Shown here piece after piece: positions 1 to 11,182 of a DNA stretch of 64,000 nt (position 1 is the first letter of the stretch; each line of letters opens with the position of its first letter). The notes beneath the pieces were generated by a model. The model worked only from the letters and a program-made list of their open reading frames with translations, did no database searches and had not been told where the DNA came from. This DNA is from Geobacteraceae bacterium (GTDB taxonomy: Bacteria; Desulfobacterota; Desulfuromonadia; Geobacterales; Geobacteraceae). Both the position numbers and the translations under genes were made by a program. Location of the stretch: NCBI GenBank assembly GCA_040773465.1, contig JAXGWF010000013.1, positions 11,408 through 75,407 of the forward strand. The letters run 5' to 3'.

Positions 1-1051
1 AGCGAAGCGCTGCTGCCCCGAGCTGATCCTGGTGGTCGGCAACAACCGGCGCTATACCCACACCTCCGCCGAAATCATGAAAATGATGCTCGACTACACC
101 CCGCTGGTGGAGGTGTTTTCCATCGACGAAGCCTTCATGGATGTGACAGGCTCCCTCCGCCTTTTCGGATCTCCGGAAAACATCGCCTACCAGCTGAAGG
201 CGCGGATACGTCACCGCTTCGGCATTACCTGCTCCATCGGCATCGCCCCCAACAAACTGCTGGCAAAGCTGGCCAGCGACATGAAAAAACCGGATGGTTT
301 GACGGTCATCAGGCCCGAAGAAACAGACAGGATACTGGAACACCTCCCGGCAACGGATCTCTGCGGCGTCGGCAGGCGCACGGCACGCCGCCTGCGGCTC
401 CTCGGCATAACGACCTGCGGTGAACTGGGGCGGTTTCCCGTGGGGATTCTGAAAAAAAAGTTCGGCATTGTCGGCGAATACCTGCAGCGGATGGGAAAAG
501 GGCTTGACGACTCGCCGGTAGTGCCGACGCGGGAAGCCGAACCGGTGAAGTCGGTGGGGCACAGCATGACCCTCGATCGGGATATCGAAACACGGGAAGA
601 AATCATGAAATACCTGCTGCAGCTCTCGGAGATGGTCGGCAGGAGAGCACGCCGCTATGGCGTGACCGGAAAGACGGTAAGCCTGTATGTCCGCTACGCT
701 GATTTCGACACGAGTTTCGGCAAACAGCAAACCCAATGCGACTATATCAGCCTCAGCGACGACATTTACCGGGCAGCGGTGCGAATCCTTGATTCGGTCA
801 CCCTGGAGCAGCCGGTCAGGCTGCTCGGGGTACGTCTTTCGAGCCTCCGCCACCGGGAAGAACAGCTGCCGCTGTTCCTCGAGGAAAAAAGGAAATCATT
901 CGCCACCGGGGCCATGGACGAGGTAAATAACCGGTACGGGGACTTTACCGTGACCTTCGGCTCGCTTCTTTCCGGCAAGGAAAAGAAGGGCTCATTCGTT
1001 ATCTCGCCCGCATGGCGGCCGGACGGCATCCGCTGTGTCGATGTAGGATAG
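1..1051 (+). CDS. dinB: DNA polymerase IV (Y-family, DinB), 5'-truncated by the window edge
   Basis: ORF 32..1051 stays open in the same frame back to base 2 (..AKRCCPELILVVGNN..). It carries the motifs SIDEAFMDVTG and CSIGIAPNKLLAKLASDMKKPDGL, typical of DinB/UmuC-family polymerases. Confidence 0.85.
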   Translation, partial: AKRCCPELILVVGNNRRYTHTSAEIMKMMLDYTPLVEVFSIDEAFMDVTGSLRLFGSPENIAYQLKARIRHRFGITCSIGIAPNKLLAKLASDMKKPDGLTVIRPEETDRILEHLPATDLCGVGRRTARRLRLLGITTCGELGRFPVGILKKKFGIVGEYLQRMGKGLDDSPVVPTREAEPVKSVGHSMTLDRDIETREEIMKYLLQLSEMVGRRARRYGVTGKTVSLYVRYADFDTSFGKQQTQCDYISLSDDIYRAAVRILDSVTLEQPVRLLGVRLSSLRHREEQLPLFLEEKRKSFATGAMDEVNNRYGDFTVTFGSLLSGKEKKGSFVISPAWRPDGIRCVDVG

Positions 1052-1360
1052 CGGCGCATTACCGTCGAGACCTCTGTCCGAATGGCAAAGCAAAACCAAC
1101 AAGGTCTGTGGAAGGGCTGTTGAAAACTCCGTGGAATAAAACGGGAAGTGATATCAATTACAGAATAAATCACGAATTGCCTAAATAGGAGGCACTATAA
1201 TAATTCAATAATTACCTTATGTTAGTTGTTTGTCCAGTAATATCTGGAACTTCGAGTGATATTTTAGCGATTCAGGACCAAAGAAACGGGGGTAATCCAA
1301 TCCTGTTCATAACCGTTTCCTGCAAAGACCCCCGATTTTTTTATCCTCCTATCGCCTTCA

Positions 1361-1389
1361 AAACAAAAAGGCCGGATAAAATCCGGCCA
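1361..1389 (-). terminator. Rho-independent terminator downstream of tRNA-Val
   Basis: Hairpin ggccgga/tccggcc at 1370-1388, followed on the minus strand by tttttgtttt. Confidence 0.5.
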
Positions 1390-1402
1390 CGCGATGTTTT
1401 CA

Positions 1403-1477
1403 TGGTGGGCGATACTGGGATCGAACCAGTGACTTCTACCGTGTGAAGGTAGCACTCTCCCGCTGAGTTAATCGCCC
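1403..1477 (-). tRNA. tRNA-Val (anticodon CAC)
   Basis: The reverse complement GGGCGATTAACTCAGCGGGAGAGTGCTACCTTCACACGGTAGAAGTCACTGGTTCGATCCCAGTATCGCCCACCA folds as a cloverleaf. The anticodon loop is TTCACAC, a GGTTCGATCC T-arm is present and CCA is encoded. Confidence 0.9.
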
Positions 1478-1734
1478 GTACAGTGTTATTTTGAATAGCA
1501 GAACAACCCTGAACTGTCAAGGGCAAGATTTGAAAAGAAAAAAATGTCCAAAGAAACCATCAAGACAGGCATAAACGCGCACAACTGAAGTCGCATCCAT
1601 GAGAAAAAAATACCTTCAGCATGGTTTGCATTTGAAATCTTTACTGGTATGGTATAAGTTAACGTGGATTATATAGCAGTGGCTGAAAAATTGACCACAG
1701 CCGAAAAAACCTTGAACGAAGGAGGGAGTAGTAA

Positions 1735-2043
1735 ATGAAAAAAACTGGTATCTTCATGGTTCTCCTCTGTGCAGTAGCGCTGACCGGATGCGCAACCGAA
1801 AACTATGTCAAGGAGCAGATCGATCCGTTGAACGCACGGCTCTGCACTCTTGAATCCAAGGTAAGCGCACTCGAGAACAAGGCAAGTGATCTGGACGGCA
1901 AAATTACCGCCCTCTCGGGCGATGTTGACGCCGCCAAGCAGGCAGCGGCAGCGGCAGCAGACAAGGCCGATGCGGCAGCGCAGAAAGCGGATGCCTGCGC
2001 AGCCCGTTGCGGCAAGGCATTTGAACTGGGGCAGAAGAAGTAA
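1735..2043 (+). CDS. Braun-lipoprotein-like (Lpp-like) coiled-coil outer membrane lipoprotein
   Basis: GGAGGG RBS and a signal peptide with lipobox LTG|C. The mature part is alanine/heptad-rich (LESKVSALENKASDLDGKITALSGDVDAAKQAA), resembles E. coli Lpp and ends in KK. Confidence 0.75.
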   Translation: MKKTGIFMVLLCAVALTGCATENYVKEQIDPLNARLCTLESKVSALENKASDLDGKITALSGDVDAAKQAAAAAADKADAAAQKADACAARCGKAFELGQKK

Positions 2044-2068
2044 TCAAACAGTAATTTGATCATGGTGA

Positions 2069-2112
2069 CGGGTCCGGGGAGTGCCGTTTCACAAGCCCCG
2101 GGCCCGTTTCTC
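2069..2112. terminator. Shared hairpin terminator between convergent genes
   Basis: cgggtccgggg (2069-2079) pairs with ccccgggcccg (2096-2106) with one G-U pair, followed by tttctct. Confidence 0.5.
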
Positions 2113-2117
2113 TATCG

Positions 2118-2993
2118 TTACCGGGAAATGTCTTCCGGCATCCCGCTTTTCTCACGCAGCACACGGGCTAGCTTCACGGTATCGATGCGTGACAGCAGTT
2201 TTCGCTCCCTGATCAACTTCACCGCCTCCTCAAAATAGTCAACACCCTCCCCGCGATGCACTTCCAGAAGAATCCTCCTGTTTAGCAGGCCGAGCTTTAC
2301 CGGCTGGCGCACAATAGTAACTTTCGTGCCTATGCGCACAAGCTCGAACAGTTCCGGGATGTCTTCCGGATAGAGGCGAATGCAACCATGGCTGACCCTT
2401 CTGCCGATGCCCCATGGCTTGTTCGTGCCGTGGATGAGAACCGGGCCGATAGAGAGACGCATTGCATGGGTACCGAGGGGATTGTCGGGTCCCGGCGGCA
2501 CTTGGGCGGGATGGCCCGGCCGCTCTTCCAGAATGGATTTGGGAACATACCAAATCGGCTCAACCCTCTTTTCGATAATTGTGAAGGTCCCGAGCGGCGT
2601 TTCGGTTCCCTCGTCGCCGATGCCAAGGGGAAAAGTGAAGATGAACTTGGCCTTTTTATAAGGGTAATAGTACAGCCGCATTTCCGACAAATTGATAATG
2701 ATGCCCTGTTCACGCGGCAGGTTCGGCAAAATCCAGTACTTCGGAATTTTGGCCACGGCCCCCGGCTTGGGAATAAAAGGATCAAGTCCGGGATTTGCCT
2801 CTGCTATTTCGTTATAGCCGAGATCGAATTTCCGTGCCAGTTCAATCAGAGAATCTTTCTTTTTTATAACGTATTGCTGCAGCGCGCCGACAACCTCGCC
2901 ATCCCCCACATAGAACTCTTCAGCCGCCACGACGTATTCCGGACGCAAAATAAAAAGACATGCCATGAGTACTACCGCGCCAACATGTATCAT
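2118..2993 (-). CDS. L,D-transpeptidase (LysM + YkuD domains)
   Basis: LysM-like YVIKKKDSLIELARKFDLGYNEIAEANPGL and the YkuD catalytic motif HGTNKPWGIGRRVSHGCIRL. Start re-picked to ATG 2993 (MIHVGAVVLMAC.. signal anchor), preceded by AAGGAG. The track start at 3212 would run into the cobO promoter region. Confidence 0.85.
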   Translation of the reverse strand: MIHVGAVVLMACLFILRPEYVVAAEEFYVGDGEVVGALQQYVIKKKDSLIELARKFDLGYNEIAEANPGLDPFIPKPGAVAKIPKYWILPNLPREQGIIINLSEMRLYYYPYKKAKFIFTFPLGIGDEGTETPLGTFTIIEKRVEPIWYVPKSILEERPGHPAQVPPGPDNPLGTHAMRLSIGPVLIHGTNKPWGIGRRVSHGCIRLYPEDIPELFELVRIGTKVTIVRQPVKLGLLNRRILLEVHRGEGVDYFEEAVKLIRERKLLSRIDTVKLARVLREKSGMPEDISR

Positions 2994-3251
2994 CACCGCC
3001 AAACTCCTTGGATATTGGGATTTCCCGCCTTCTTCACTCCAGATGGATCTTCGACGAACCATCCGAAATACCGTTTCGGTTGACGCTCTCCGAACGGAAA
3101 CACCAGCATAGAGAATTCCGGACAAAATGTCACGCACTCTCGACAGCCGCTGTTTTGCCCTTGACAGTTTCCTTCTCCCGGATGACACTGTAACTCGTGC
3201 GGCTCTATGCAAAATCCATTATTGACTTACAGAAAACCAAGGATAGAGAAT

Positions 3252-3791
3252 ATGGTCGATGCCCGGTTGAAACAGGGACTGGTACAAGTCTATACCGGCG
3301 AAGGCAAGGGGAAGACCACCGCGGCTCTCGGGTTGGCTCTCAGGGCCGTTGGCAGGAAATTCCGCGTCTGCATGATTCAGTTCGTAAAAGGGTGTGATCC
3401 GTGCGGCGAACATCTGGCCGCCAAGATGCTCGCACCGTATCTGACCATAGTCCAGACCGGCCATAAGGGGTGGCTCGGACGGGGAAAGCCGAGCCCGGAA
3501 GCCGTCGCGCGCGCGCGCGAAGCATTTCAATCGGCGAAAAAGGCCGTGACCGGCGCCGAATACGATCTGGTTATCCTCGACGAGATTAATGCGGCTGTGT
3601 TCTACAACCTGGTTAGCGTCGAAGAATTGCTGCAGCTGATAAAGGAAAAAGGAGATTGTGTGGAACTGGTGCTGACCGGCAGAAACGCTGCCCCGGAAAT
3701 CGTGGAGGCGGCTGACCTGGTTACCGAAATGCGCGAGATCAAACATTACTACAAGGCCGGCGTAAAGGCACGGATCGGTATAGAAAAATAG
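3252..3791 (+). CDS. cobO: Cob(I)yrinic acid a,c-diamide adenosyltransferase (CobO/BtuR family)
   Basis: GLVQVYTGEGKGKTTAALGLALRAVG P-loop and the overall CobA/CobO pattern. Start moved to ATG 3252 (MVDARLKQ), which has an upstream AAGGA. Confidence 0.85.
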   Translation: MVDARLKQGLVQVYTGEGKGKTTAALGLALRAVGRKFRVCMIQFVKGCDPCGEHLAAKMLAPYLTIVQTGHKGWLGRGKPSPEAVARAREAFQSAKKAVTGAEYDLVILDEINAAVFYNLVSVEELLQLIKEKGDCVELVLTGRNAAPEIVEAADLVTEMREIKHYYKAGVKARIGIEK

Positions 3792-3845
3792 GATTTTAAT
3801 AATTTCCGGGGTGGGCACACCTGCCGGAATCATGTGCAATGAATG

Positions 3846-3879
3846 CAAAAAGGGGAGCGGCAAGCCACTCCCCTTTTTG
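3846..3879. terminator. Bidirectional terminator between cobO and groEL
   Basis: ggggag (3852-3857) pairs with ctcccc (3868-3873), flanked by an A-run upstream and a T-run downstream. Confidence 0.6.
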
Positions 3880-3904
3880 TATCGCATCAGCGATGGGCCG
3901 GTAA

Positions 3905-5904
<2,000 letters not shown>

Positions 5905-5957
5905 ACCTTTCATTCTCCTTTCGCTCCTAGGATATGGAATTGGTTTTTGGAAAAAAA

Positions 5958-5984
5958 TTAGCACTCAAATCCACTGAGTGCTAA
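5958..5984 (-). promoter_or_regulatory. CIRCE operator (HrcA binding site) of groESL
   Basis: Exact match to the consensus TTAGCACTC-N9-GAGTGCTAA (ttagcactc aaatccact gagtgctaa), about 55 nt upstream of groES. Confidence 0.9.
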
Positions 5985-6073
5985 TCACGTCGTAAAATAT
6001 AAACAGGGTGCGGAGAAAAATCAAGTCTAATTTCAAAAAAAAATGATGCGCCTTCCATCAGTCCGACAAGGCG

Positions 6074-6346
6074 TTACCATTTTCTTTTTGCCGCCTCCTC
6101 ATGGTAAAATTTCTGATAAAGGATTTCCCAGTCGCGACTTCCCGGAACCTTTGCCTGAGAATAGGAGGCAAGCTTTTTCCTGACAAAGGAATCGATTTCG
6201 TCAGCAATGGAAAAATACCGGCTCAACGAGTCCTTTACGGCTTCCAGAGCACGCCGTTCATCAGGGAAATCGGCGATGTCGTCACCCCACAGCCGGTCCA
6301 GGATCTTATGGGCGATATGGGAAATGCGGTCTTCTGAAATATTCAC
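6074..6346 (-). CDS. DUF507-family small protein
   Basis: 90 aa. The pattern ..RISHIAHKILDRL.. ..GSRDWEILYQKFYHEEAAKR resembles DUF507 proteins as I recall them. Confidence 0.6.
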   Translation of the reverse strand: MNISEDRISHIAHKILDRLWGDDIADFPDERRALEAVKDSLSRYFSIADEIDSFVRKKLASYSQAKVPGSRDWEILYQKFYHEEAAKRKW

Positions 6347-6483
6347 GGTTCCCCCTTTTACCTGCTATTGAAACGTACGGACGAAGCCTGACTGTCACCG
6401 GGCAAACGCTCCAGTCTCCAACAGATAGCCGAAAAACCGGAGCGGGTACGCCACTGAAATAATCTTTACTCCGAGGCCGGCAG

Positions 6484-6768
6484 CTACAAAACGATTTTTC
6501 GCTCCTTTGCCAGCTTTGCCTTGATCATCTTCAACATCTTGTGACGATCGATGCCGGCGCCGCCCCCCGAAGCGCGGAGCGTCTTTTCGAGGAGCTCCTC
6601 GGCATCTTTCTCCAAACGTTCTTCCGCGGCAATGTCGGCCCTGATGACTTCCTTGATGCAGCAGCACAGCCGCGACCGGTCTCCCCTGAGAACCACGAGC
6701 GAAGCATCCGTGAGGTCCGTCAGGATTCTATCCGCAAGTCTGTCGATCTGCTCGTCTTTGAGTCGCAT
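6484..6768 (-). CDS. DUF507-family small protein (paralog of 6074..6346)
   Basis: 94 aa, MRLKDEQIDRLADRILTDL.. with a charged helical C-terminal half. Same architecture as its neighbour. Confidence 0.55.
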   Translation of the reverse strand: MRLKDEQIDRLADRILTDLTDASLVVLRGDRSRLCCCIKEVIRADIAAEERLEKDAEELLEKTLRASGGGAGIDRHKMLKMIKAKLAKERKIVL

Positions 6769-7050
6769 GAAACCTCCCTGTAATCAGCCGCCGCGGCAGC
6801 GGGAACGATTGAACCTTCCCGGAAAAAACATTGGCGGCGGACAAAAAACAATACTACCACCAAAGAAGATTTCATGGTACCTTTTTCACGTCACGTCCGC
6901 GTCGCATGCGGCAATCGCCAAGATATACATCTTTCACCACTAATGCCGGCTGGAACTGCGCTTGACACCCCCCCGCCCATTAAGGGAACGGAGGCTCTTC
7001 GTTGCCGCGAAACCGGATCGGCCAACAATGATCGCTCACCGGAGGATCTC

Positions 7051-8091
7051 GTGCTCATCGTCATGAACCATAATGCAGGAAAGAAGCAGATTGAAGCGGT
7101 TATCAAGGCCGTGGAACGAATGGGGTTTTCAGCTGCACCAATCCCGGGAAGCGAACGGATGGCAATCGGCGTTCTCGGCAACAAGGGATACGTTGATGAC
7201 TCCACAGTGCGAACCCTGCCCGGCGTCCAGGAAGTGATTCACGTTTCGAAACCCTACAAGCTGGTGTCGCGCGATTTCCATCCGAGAAACACCATTATCA
7301 AGGTTGCCGGCATCGAAATCGGAAGCGGCAGGCGCCCGGTGGTTATGGCCGGCCCCTGTGCCGTTGAGAGCGAAGAACAAATCCTCAAAACCGCCCGGGC
7401 CGTAAAGGCGGCCGGCGCCGAGATGCTGCGCGGCGGGGCGTTCAAACCACGGACCGGCCCCCACACCTTCCAGGGAATGAGAGAAGAGGGACTGAAACTC
7501 CTGGCCCTGGCCTCCCGCGAAACCGGCCTGCCTTTCGTTACCGAGGTCATGAGTCCCGAGACCGTCGAACTCGTTGCCGGTTATGCGGACATGCTCCAGG
7601 TCGGCGCCAGGAACATGCAGAATTTCGAGCTGCTGAAAGAAGTGGGGAAAATCAGGAAGCCGGTCCTCCTGAAGCGGGGAATGAGCGCTACGATCGAGGA
7701 ACTGCTTGCCGCGGCCGAATATATCCTTGCCGAAGGGAACCCGGCGGTTATCCTGTGTGAACGGGGCATCCGCACCTTCGAAACCGCAACCCGCAATACC
7801 CTGGACCTTGCGGTCGTCCCGCTGATCAAGGAAGTCTCGCACCTCCCGGTCGTCATCGACCCTTCTCACGCAACCGGCAAGAGAAGCCTGGTTCCGCCCA
7901 TCGCCAAAGCGGCCCTGATGGCAGGCGCGGACGGCATCATGCTGGAAGTGCACCCGGAACCGGAAAAGGCCCTCTCTGACGGCCCCCAGTCGCTCACGTT
8001 GCAAGGATTTGAAAAGCTGATGGACGAAATTCGGAAGCTGCTCGATTTCCTCGGCTACCAGCAGGACACCAACGCTTCAAATGCACCTTGA
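7051..8091 (+). CDS. aroF: 3-deoxy-7-phosphoheptulonate (DAHP) synthase, type I-beta with N-terminal ferredoxin-like regulatory domain
   Basis: [42 protein letters not shown] resembles Thermotoga-type DAHPS. Start re-picked to in-frame GTG 7051, 4 nt after GGAGGA (7041-7046), giving [10 protein letters not shown].., like the T. maritima N-terminus. Confidence 0.88.
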   Translation: MLIVMNHNAGKKQIEAVIKAVERMGFSAAPIPGSERMAIGVLGNKGYVDDSTVRTLPGVQEVIHVSKPYKLVSRDFHPRNTIIKVAGIEIGSGRRPVVMAGPCAVESEEQILKTARAVKAAGAEMLRGGAFKPRTGPHTFQGMREEGLKLLALASRETGLPFVTEVMSPETVELVAGYADMLQVGARNMQNFELLKEVGKIRKPVLLKRGMSATIEELLAAAEYILAEGNPAVILCERGIRTFETATRNTLDLAVVPLIKEVSHLPVVIDPSHATGKRSLVPPIAKAALMAGADGIMLEVHPEPEKALSDGPQSLTLQGFEKLMDEIRKLLDFLGYQQDTNASNAP

Positions 8092-8119
8092 TTTTTTCAA
8101 CGTCCTGCGGTACTCTCAA

Positions 8120-8347
8120 AACGTAGTCTCTCTGCCATGCGCGTGAGGTTATCAAGCCCAGGCGGAATATTCATGCATCGGGTGTTTTTCAGGTCGCGGT
8201 GTGCTGCCCCATTGCGCGGGATTTGCCTGAAACGATACAAAAACTCCCACCTCTTTGGGAACTCGCTGTGAGGCCCCAGACCCACGGCAGGGTGGAGAGA
8301 CTGTACCTTTAAAAGGAAACCGGAAATCCGGTTTCCTTTTGTTTTTT
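8120..8347 (+). ncRNA. Candidate structured small RNA ending in a strong intrinsic terminator (6S-like rod shape; identity not established)
   Basis: No credible ORF. A long closing helix pairs 8123-8136 with 8286-8306, and an apical helix pairs tttcagg (8187-8193) with cctgaaa (8226-8232), with large internal loops between. The terminator aaaggaaaccgg/ccggtttccttt plus T-run lies at 8311-8347. Confidence 0.3.
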
Positions 8348-8352
8348 GCGGT

Positions 8353-8515
8353 TAGTGTCCCGTGCGGTTAGTTCGCCGCATGAATTCCGAGGAGTTTTGG
8401 TTTCTGGCAAGGCGTGGCGACGCAGGCATAGCAGGGCTCTGTCGAGGAGACACAACGCAGCCAGGGGTCAAAAGAACCGGAAGTAAAAGGAATGAATTAA
8501 CCGCACGGGACACTA
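8353..8515. repeat. 163-bp element bounded by perfect 18-bp inverted repeats (MITE-like or long RNA hairpin)
   Basis: tagtgtcccgtgcggtta at 8353-8370 and its exact reverse complement at 8498-8515. The right arm contains the polA stop codon (8513-8515). Confidence 0.5.
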
Positions 8516-11182
8516 GTGCGCCTCGCTCCAGTTCCCGCCCAAATTAAGCTCCACCTTGAGGGGAACGCGAAGGGAAATGGCATGCTCCATCTCGTGGCGC
8601 ACCAGTTTTTCCATCCGGAAACGTTCTTCTTCGGGGACCTCAAACACCAGTTCGTCGTGCACCTGCATGATCAGCCGGCTCCTGAGCCCTTCCCGCCACA
8701 TCCGCTCCGAGACCCGTACCATCGCCTGCTTGATGATATCCGCAGCGGACCCCTGAATGGGATAGTTGATGGCGTTACGCTGGGCAAAGGCCCGGACATT
8801 GCCGTTGCTGCTGGCGATATCGGGGATGGGCAGCTTCCTTCCAAGGATGGTGGTGACATAGCCATGCTTTTCGGCATCCCGGACACAGGCATCAAGGAAC
8901 TCCCGCGCCCCGCCGTGCCGCTCGAAATAGCTGTCGATGAACTCTCTGGCGACCTTGGTGGACACACCCAGTTCCCGTGCCAGGCTGAAGGCCCCCTGGC
9001 CGTAGATAACACCAAAATTGATGGTCTTTGCCTGGCGCCGCATCTCGGGAGTAACCAGACCCGGCAGCAAGTCGAACACTTCGCTTGCGGTACGGGTGTG
9101 AATATCCTCGTCTTTGGCAAAGGCGTCGCAGAAAACCCGATCGCCGGAAAGGTGGGCAAGAACCCGCAACTCTATCTGGGAATAGTCCGCCGACAGGAGC
9201 AACCACCCCTCGTCGGCAACAAATGCCCGCCGTATCGTCCTCCCCTCCTCGGTACGGATCGGGATATTCTGGAGGTTCGGCTCCGACGAGGAAAGACGGC
9301 CGGTATTGGTGACCGCCTGGTTGTACGAGGTGTGCACCCTTCCCGTCGACGGGTTCACCAGCTTTGGCAGGGCATCCGTATAGGTCGATTTCAACTTGGC
9401 AATGCTGCGATACTGGAGAACCAGGGATGCAATCTCGTGATCCATGGCCAGCCGGGTCAGGACATCCATGTCCGTTGACCAGCCGGTCTTGGTCTTCCTG
9501 CCGGCCGGCAGCTTGAGGCGCTCGAACAGCACCTCGCCCAGTTGTTTCGGAGAATTGATATTGAACTCGCAACCGGCTACCGCGAAGATTTCCCCTTCCA
9601 GGTTCGACAGTTGTTCGGCGAACGTATCGGAAAGCTCCCGGAGCAGGGGCAGATCGAGCCTGACCCCCCGGAGTTCCATCTCGGCCAGGATCTTCACCAG
9701 GGGCATTTCCAGGTCGAAAAAAAGATCTTCCATCTTCGCCTCGGCCAGGCGGGGAAGAAAAATTCCCTGAAGCAGAAAAGTGGCGTCCGCATCCTCGCAG
9801 GAATACACCGAAGCGCGCTCTACCGGTACCTGGGCGAAATTGATCTGGTCTTTGCCCTTGCCCGCCACCTCCTGGTAGGAAATCATCCGGTGATCGAGAA
9901 ACTCTACGGCCAGGGAGTCGAGCCCTTGACTGGAGCGAACCGGGTTGAGCAGGTATGAGGCAAGCATGGTATCGCACCAGAGCCCCTGCATCTCGATGCC
10001 GGCCCGGCGCAGCACCTGGTAATCATACTTGATGTTCTGGCCGATCTTGCGCTTCCCGGCATCAACGAGGAGCGGAGCGAGCGCCTCGAGGACCCGGTCG
10101 CGGGACAACTGCGCCGGCGCTCCCGGATAGCGGTGCCCGACGGGCACGTAGCAGGCCTCATGGTCCTTGCAGGAGAACGACAGGCCGACGATTTCAGCCT
10201 CCAGCGGATTGAGGCTGGTCGTTTCCAGGTCCACGGCAAAGGCCGGAGTCGAGGCAAGCTCTCGGAGAAGGCTCGCGAAGTCTTCCTCTGACTGTACGGT
10301 CCGATACCCTTCCGTAGAGAGCCGCGCTTCGCCGGTCAATTCCTTCATGAGCGTCGTGAAGCCGAACTCCCGGAACAGGTCGGCAAGCCGTTTCGTGTCC
10401 GGAGGAGTAAGGGCGAGATCTTCATAGCGGTATTCGATGGGGGTATTCCGGTCGATGGTGGCAAGTTTCCGCGACAGGCGTGCCTGTTCGGCGAAATCCC
10501 GAATCCGCTCGCCGGTTTTTCCCTTTACCTCGCCGGCCCTCTCCAGAAGGGCATCCAGCGAACCGAATTCCCGAATCAGCTTCAAAGCGGTTTTTTCACC
10601 AACGCCGGGGACTCCCGGGATATTGTCCGATGTGTCGCCGGCCAGGCCCAGGATGTCCACCACCCGTCCCGGCTCGACGCCGAAACGCTCCATGACTTCG
10701 GGAACACCCGATACTTTTTCTTTCATGGTATCGAGCAGCGTTACGTTCTCGGAAACGATCTGCATCAGGTCCTTGTCGCCGGTGACGACCACCACGTCCA
10801 GCCCGGTTTCCTCGCACTGCCGGGCCAGGGTGCCGATGATGTCGTCCGCCTCGAACCCCTCCTTCTCCAGCACCGGGATATTGAAGGCACGGACCATCTC
10901 CTTGATGGGAGCGATCTGGGGAACCAGGTCTTCGGGCATGGCGGCACGGTTTGCCTTGTATTCCGGGTACAGCTCGGTGCGAAACGTCTGCCTGCCGCGA
11001 TCGAAAACCACGGCCACATGATCGGGAGACCGGTCCTTGAGCACCTTGAGCAGCATCTGGGTAAACCCGTACAGCGCATTGGTGGGAAAACCTTTCGGCG
11101 AAGAAAGATGGCGGATGGCATAATATGCGCGATAGATGTACGAAGATCCGTCAATGAGATAAAGCGTTTCTTTTTCGGCCAT
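8513..11182 (-). CDS. polA: DNA polymerase I
   Basis: 889 aa with a 5'-nuclease domain, a 3'-5' exonuclease domain and polymerase motifs DYSQIELRVLAH, RRQAKTINFGVIYG and QVHDELVFE. Confidence 0.98.
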   Translation of the reverse strand: MAEKETLYLIDGSSYIYRAYYAIRHLSSPKGFPTNALYGFTQMLLKVLKDRSPDHVAVVFDRGRQTFRTELYPEYKANRAAMPEDLVPQIAPIKEMVRAFNIPVLEKEGFEADDIIGTLARQCEETGLDVVVVTGDKDLMQIVSENVTLLDTMKEKVSGVPEVMERFGVEPGRVVDILGLAGDTSDNIPGVPGVGEKTALKLIREFGSLDALLERAGEVKGKTGERIRDFAEQARLSRKLATIDRNTPIEYRYEDLALTPPDTKRLADLFREFGFTTLMKELTGEARLSTEGYRTVQSEEDFASLLRELASTPAFAVDLETTSLNPLEAEIVGLSFSCKDHEACYVPVGHRYPGAPAQLSRDRVLEALAPLLVDAGKRKIGQNIKYDYQVLRRAGIEMQGLWCDTMLASYLLNPVRSSQGLDSLAVEFLDHRMISYQEVAGKGKDQINFAQVPVERASVYSCEDADATFLLQGIFLPRLAEAKMEDLFFDLEMPLVKILAEMELRGVRLDLPLLRELSDTFAEQLSNLEGEIFAVAGCEFNINSPKQLGEVLFERLKLPAGRKTKTGWSTDMDVLTRLAMDHEIASLVLQYRSIAKLKSTYTDALPKLVNPSTGRVHTSYNQAVTNTGRLSSSEPNLQNIPIRTEEGRTIRRAFVADEGWLLLSADYSQIELRVLAHLSGDRVFCDAFAKDEDIHTRTASEVFDLLPGLVTPEMRRQAKTINFGVIYGQGAFSLARELGVSTKVAREFIDSYFERHGGAREFLDACVRDAEKHGYVTTILGRKLPIPDIASSNGNVRAFAQRNAINYPIQGSAADIIKQAMVRVSERMWREGLRSRLIMQVHDELVFEVPEEERFRMEKLVRHEMEHAISLRVPLKVELNLGGNWSEAH

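Noticed and set aside
1140-1340. An AT-rich patch next to tRNA-Val as the scar of an integrated element.
   Set aside because: It is only about 200 bp, with no integrase or phage gene and no repeat of the tRNA 3' end that I could find.
3063-3251. A possible cobalamin riboswitch upstream of cobO.
   Set aside because: I found no B12-box-like core and no conserved multi-stem junction by eye. The region looks like an ordinary divergent promoter region.
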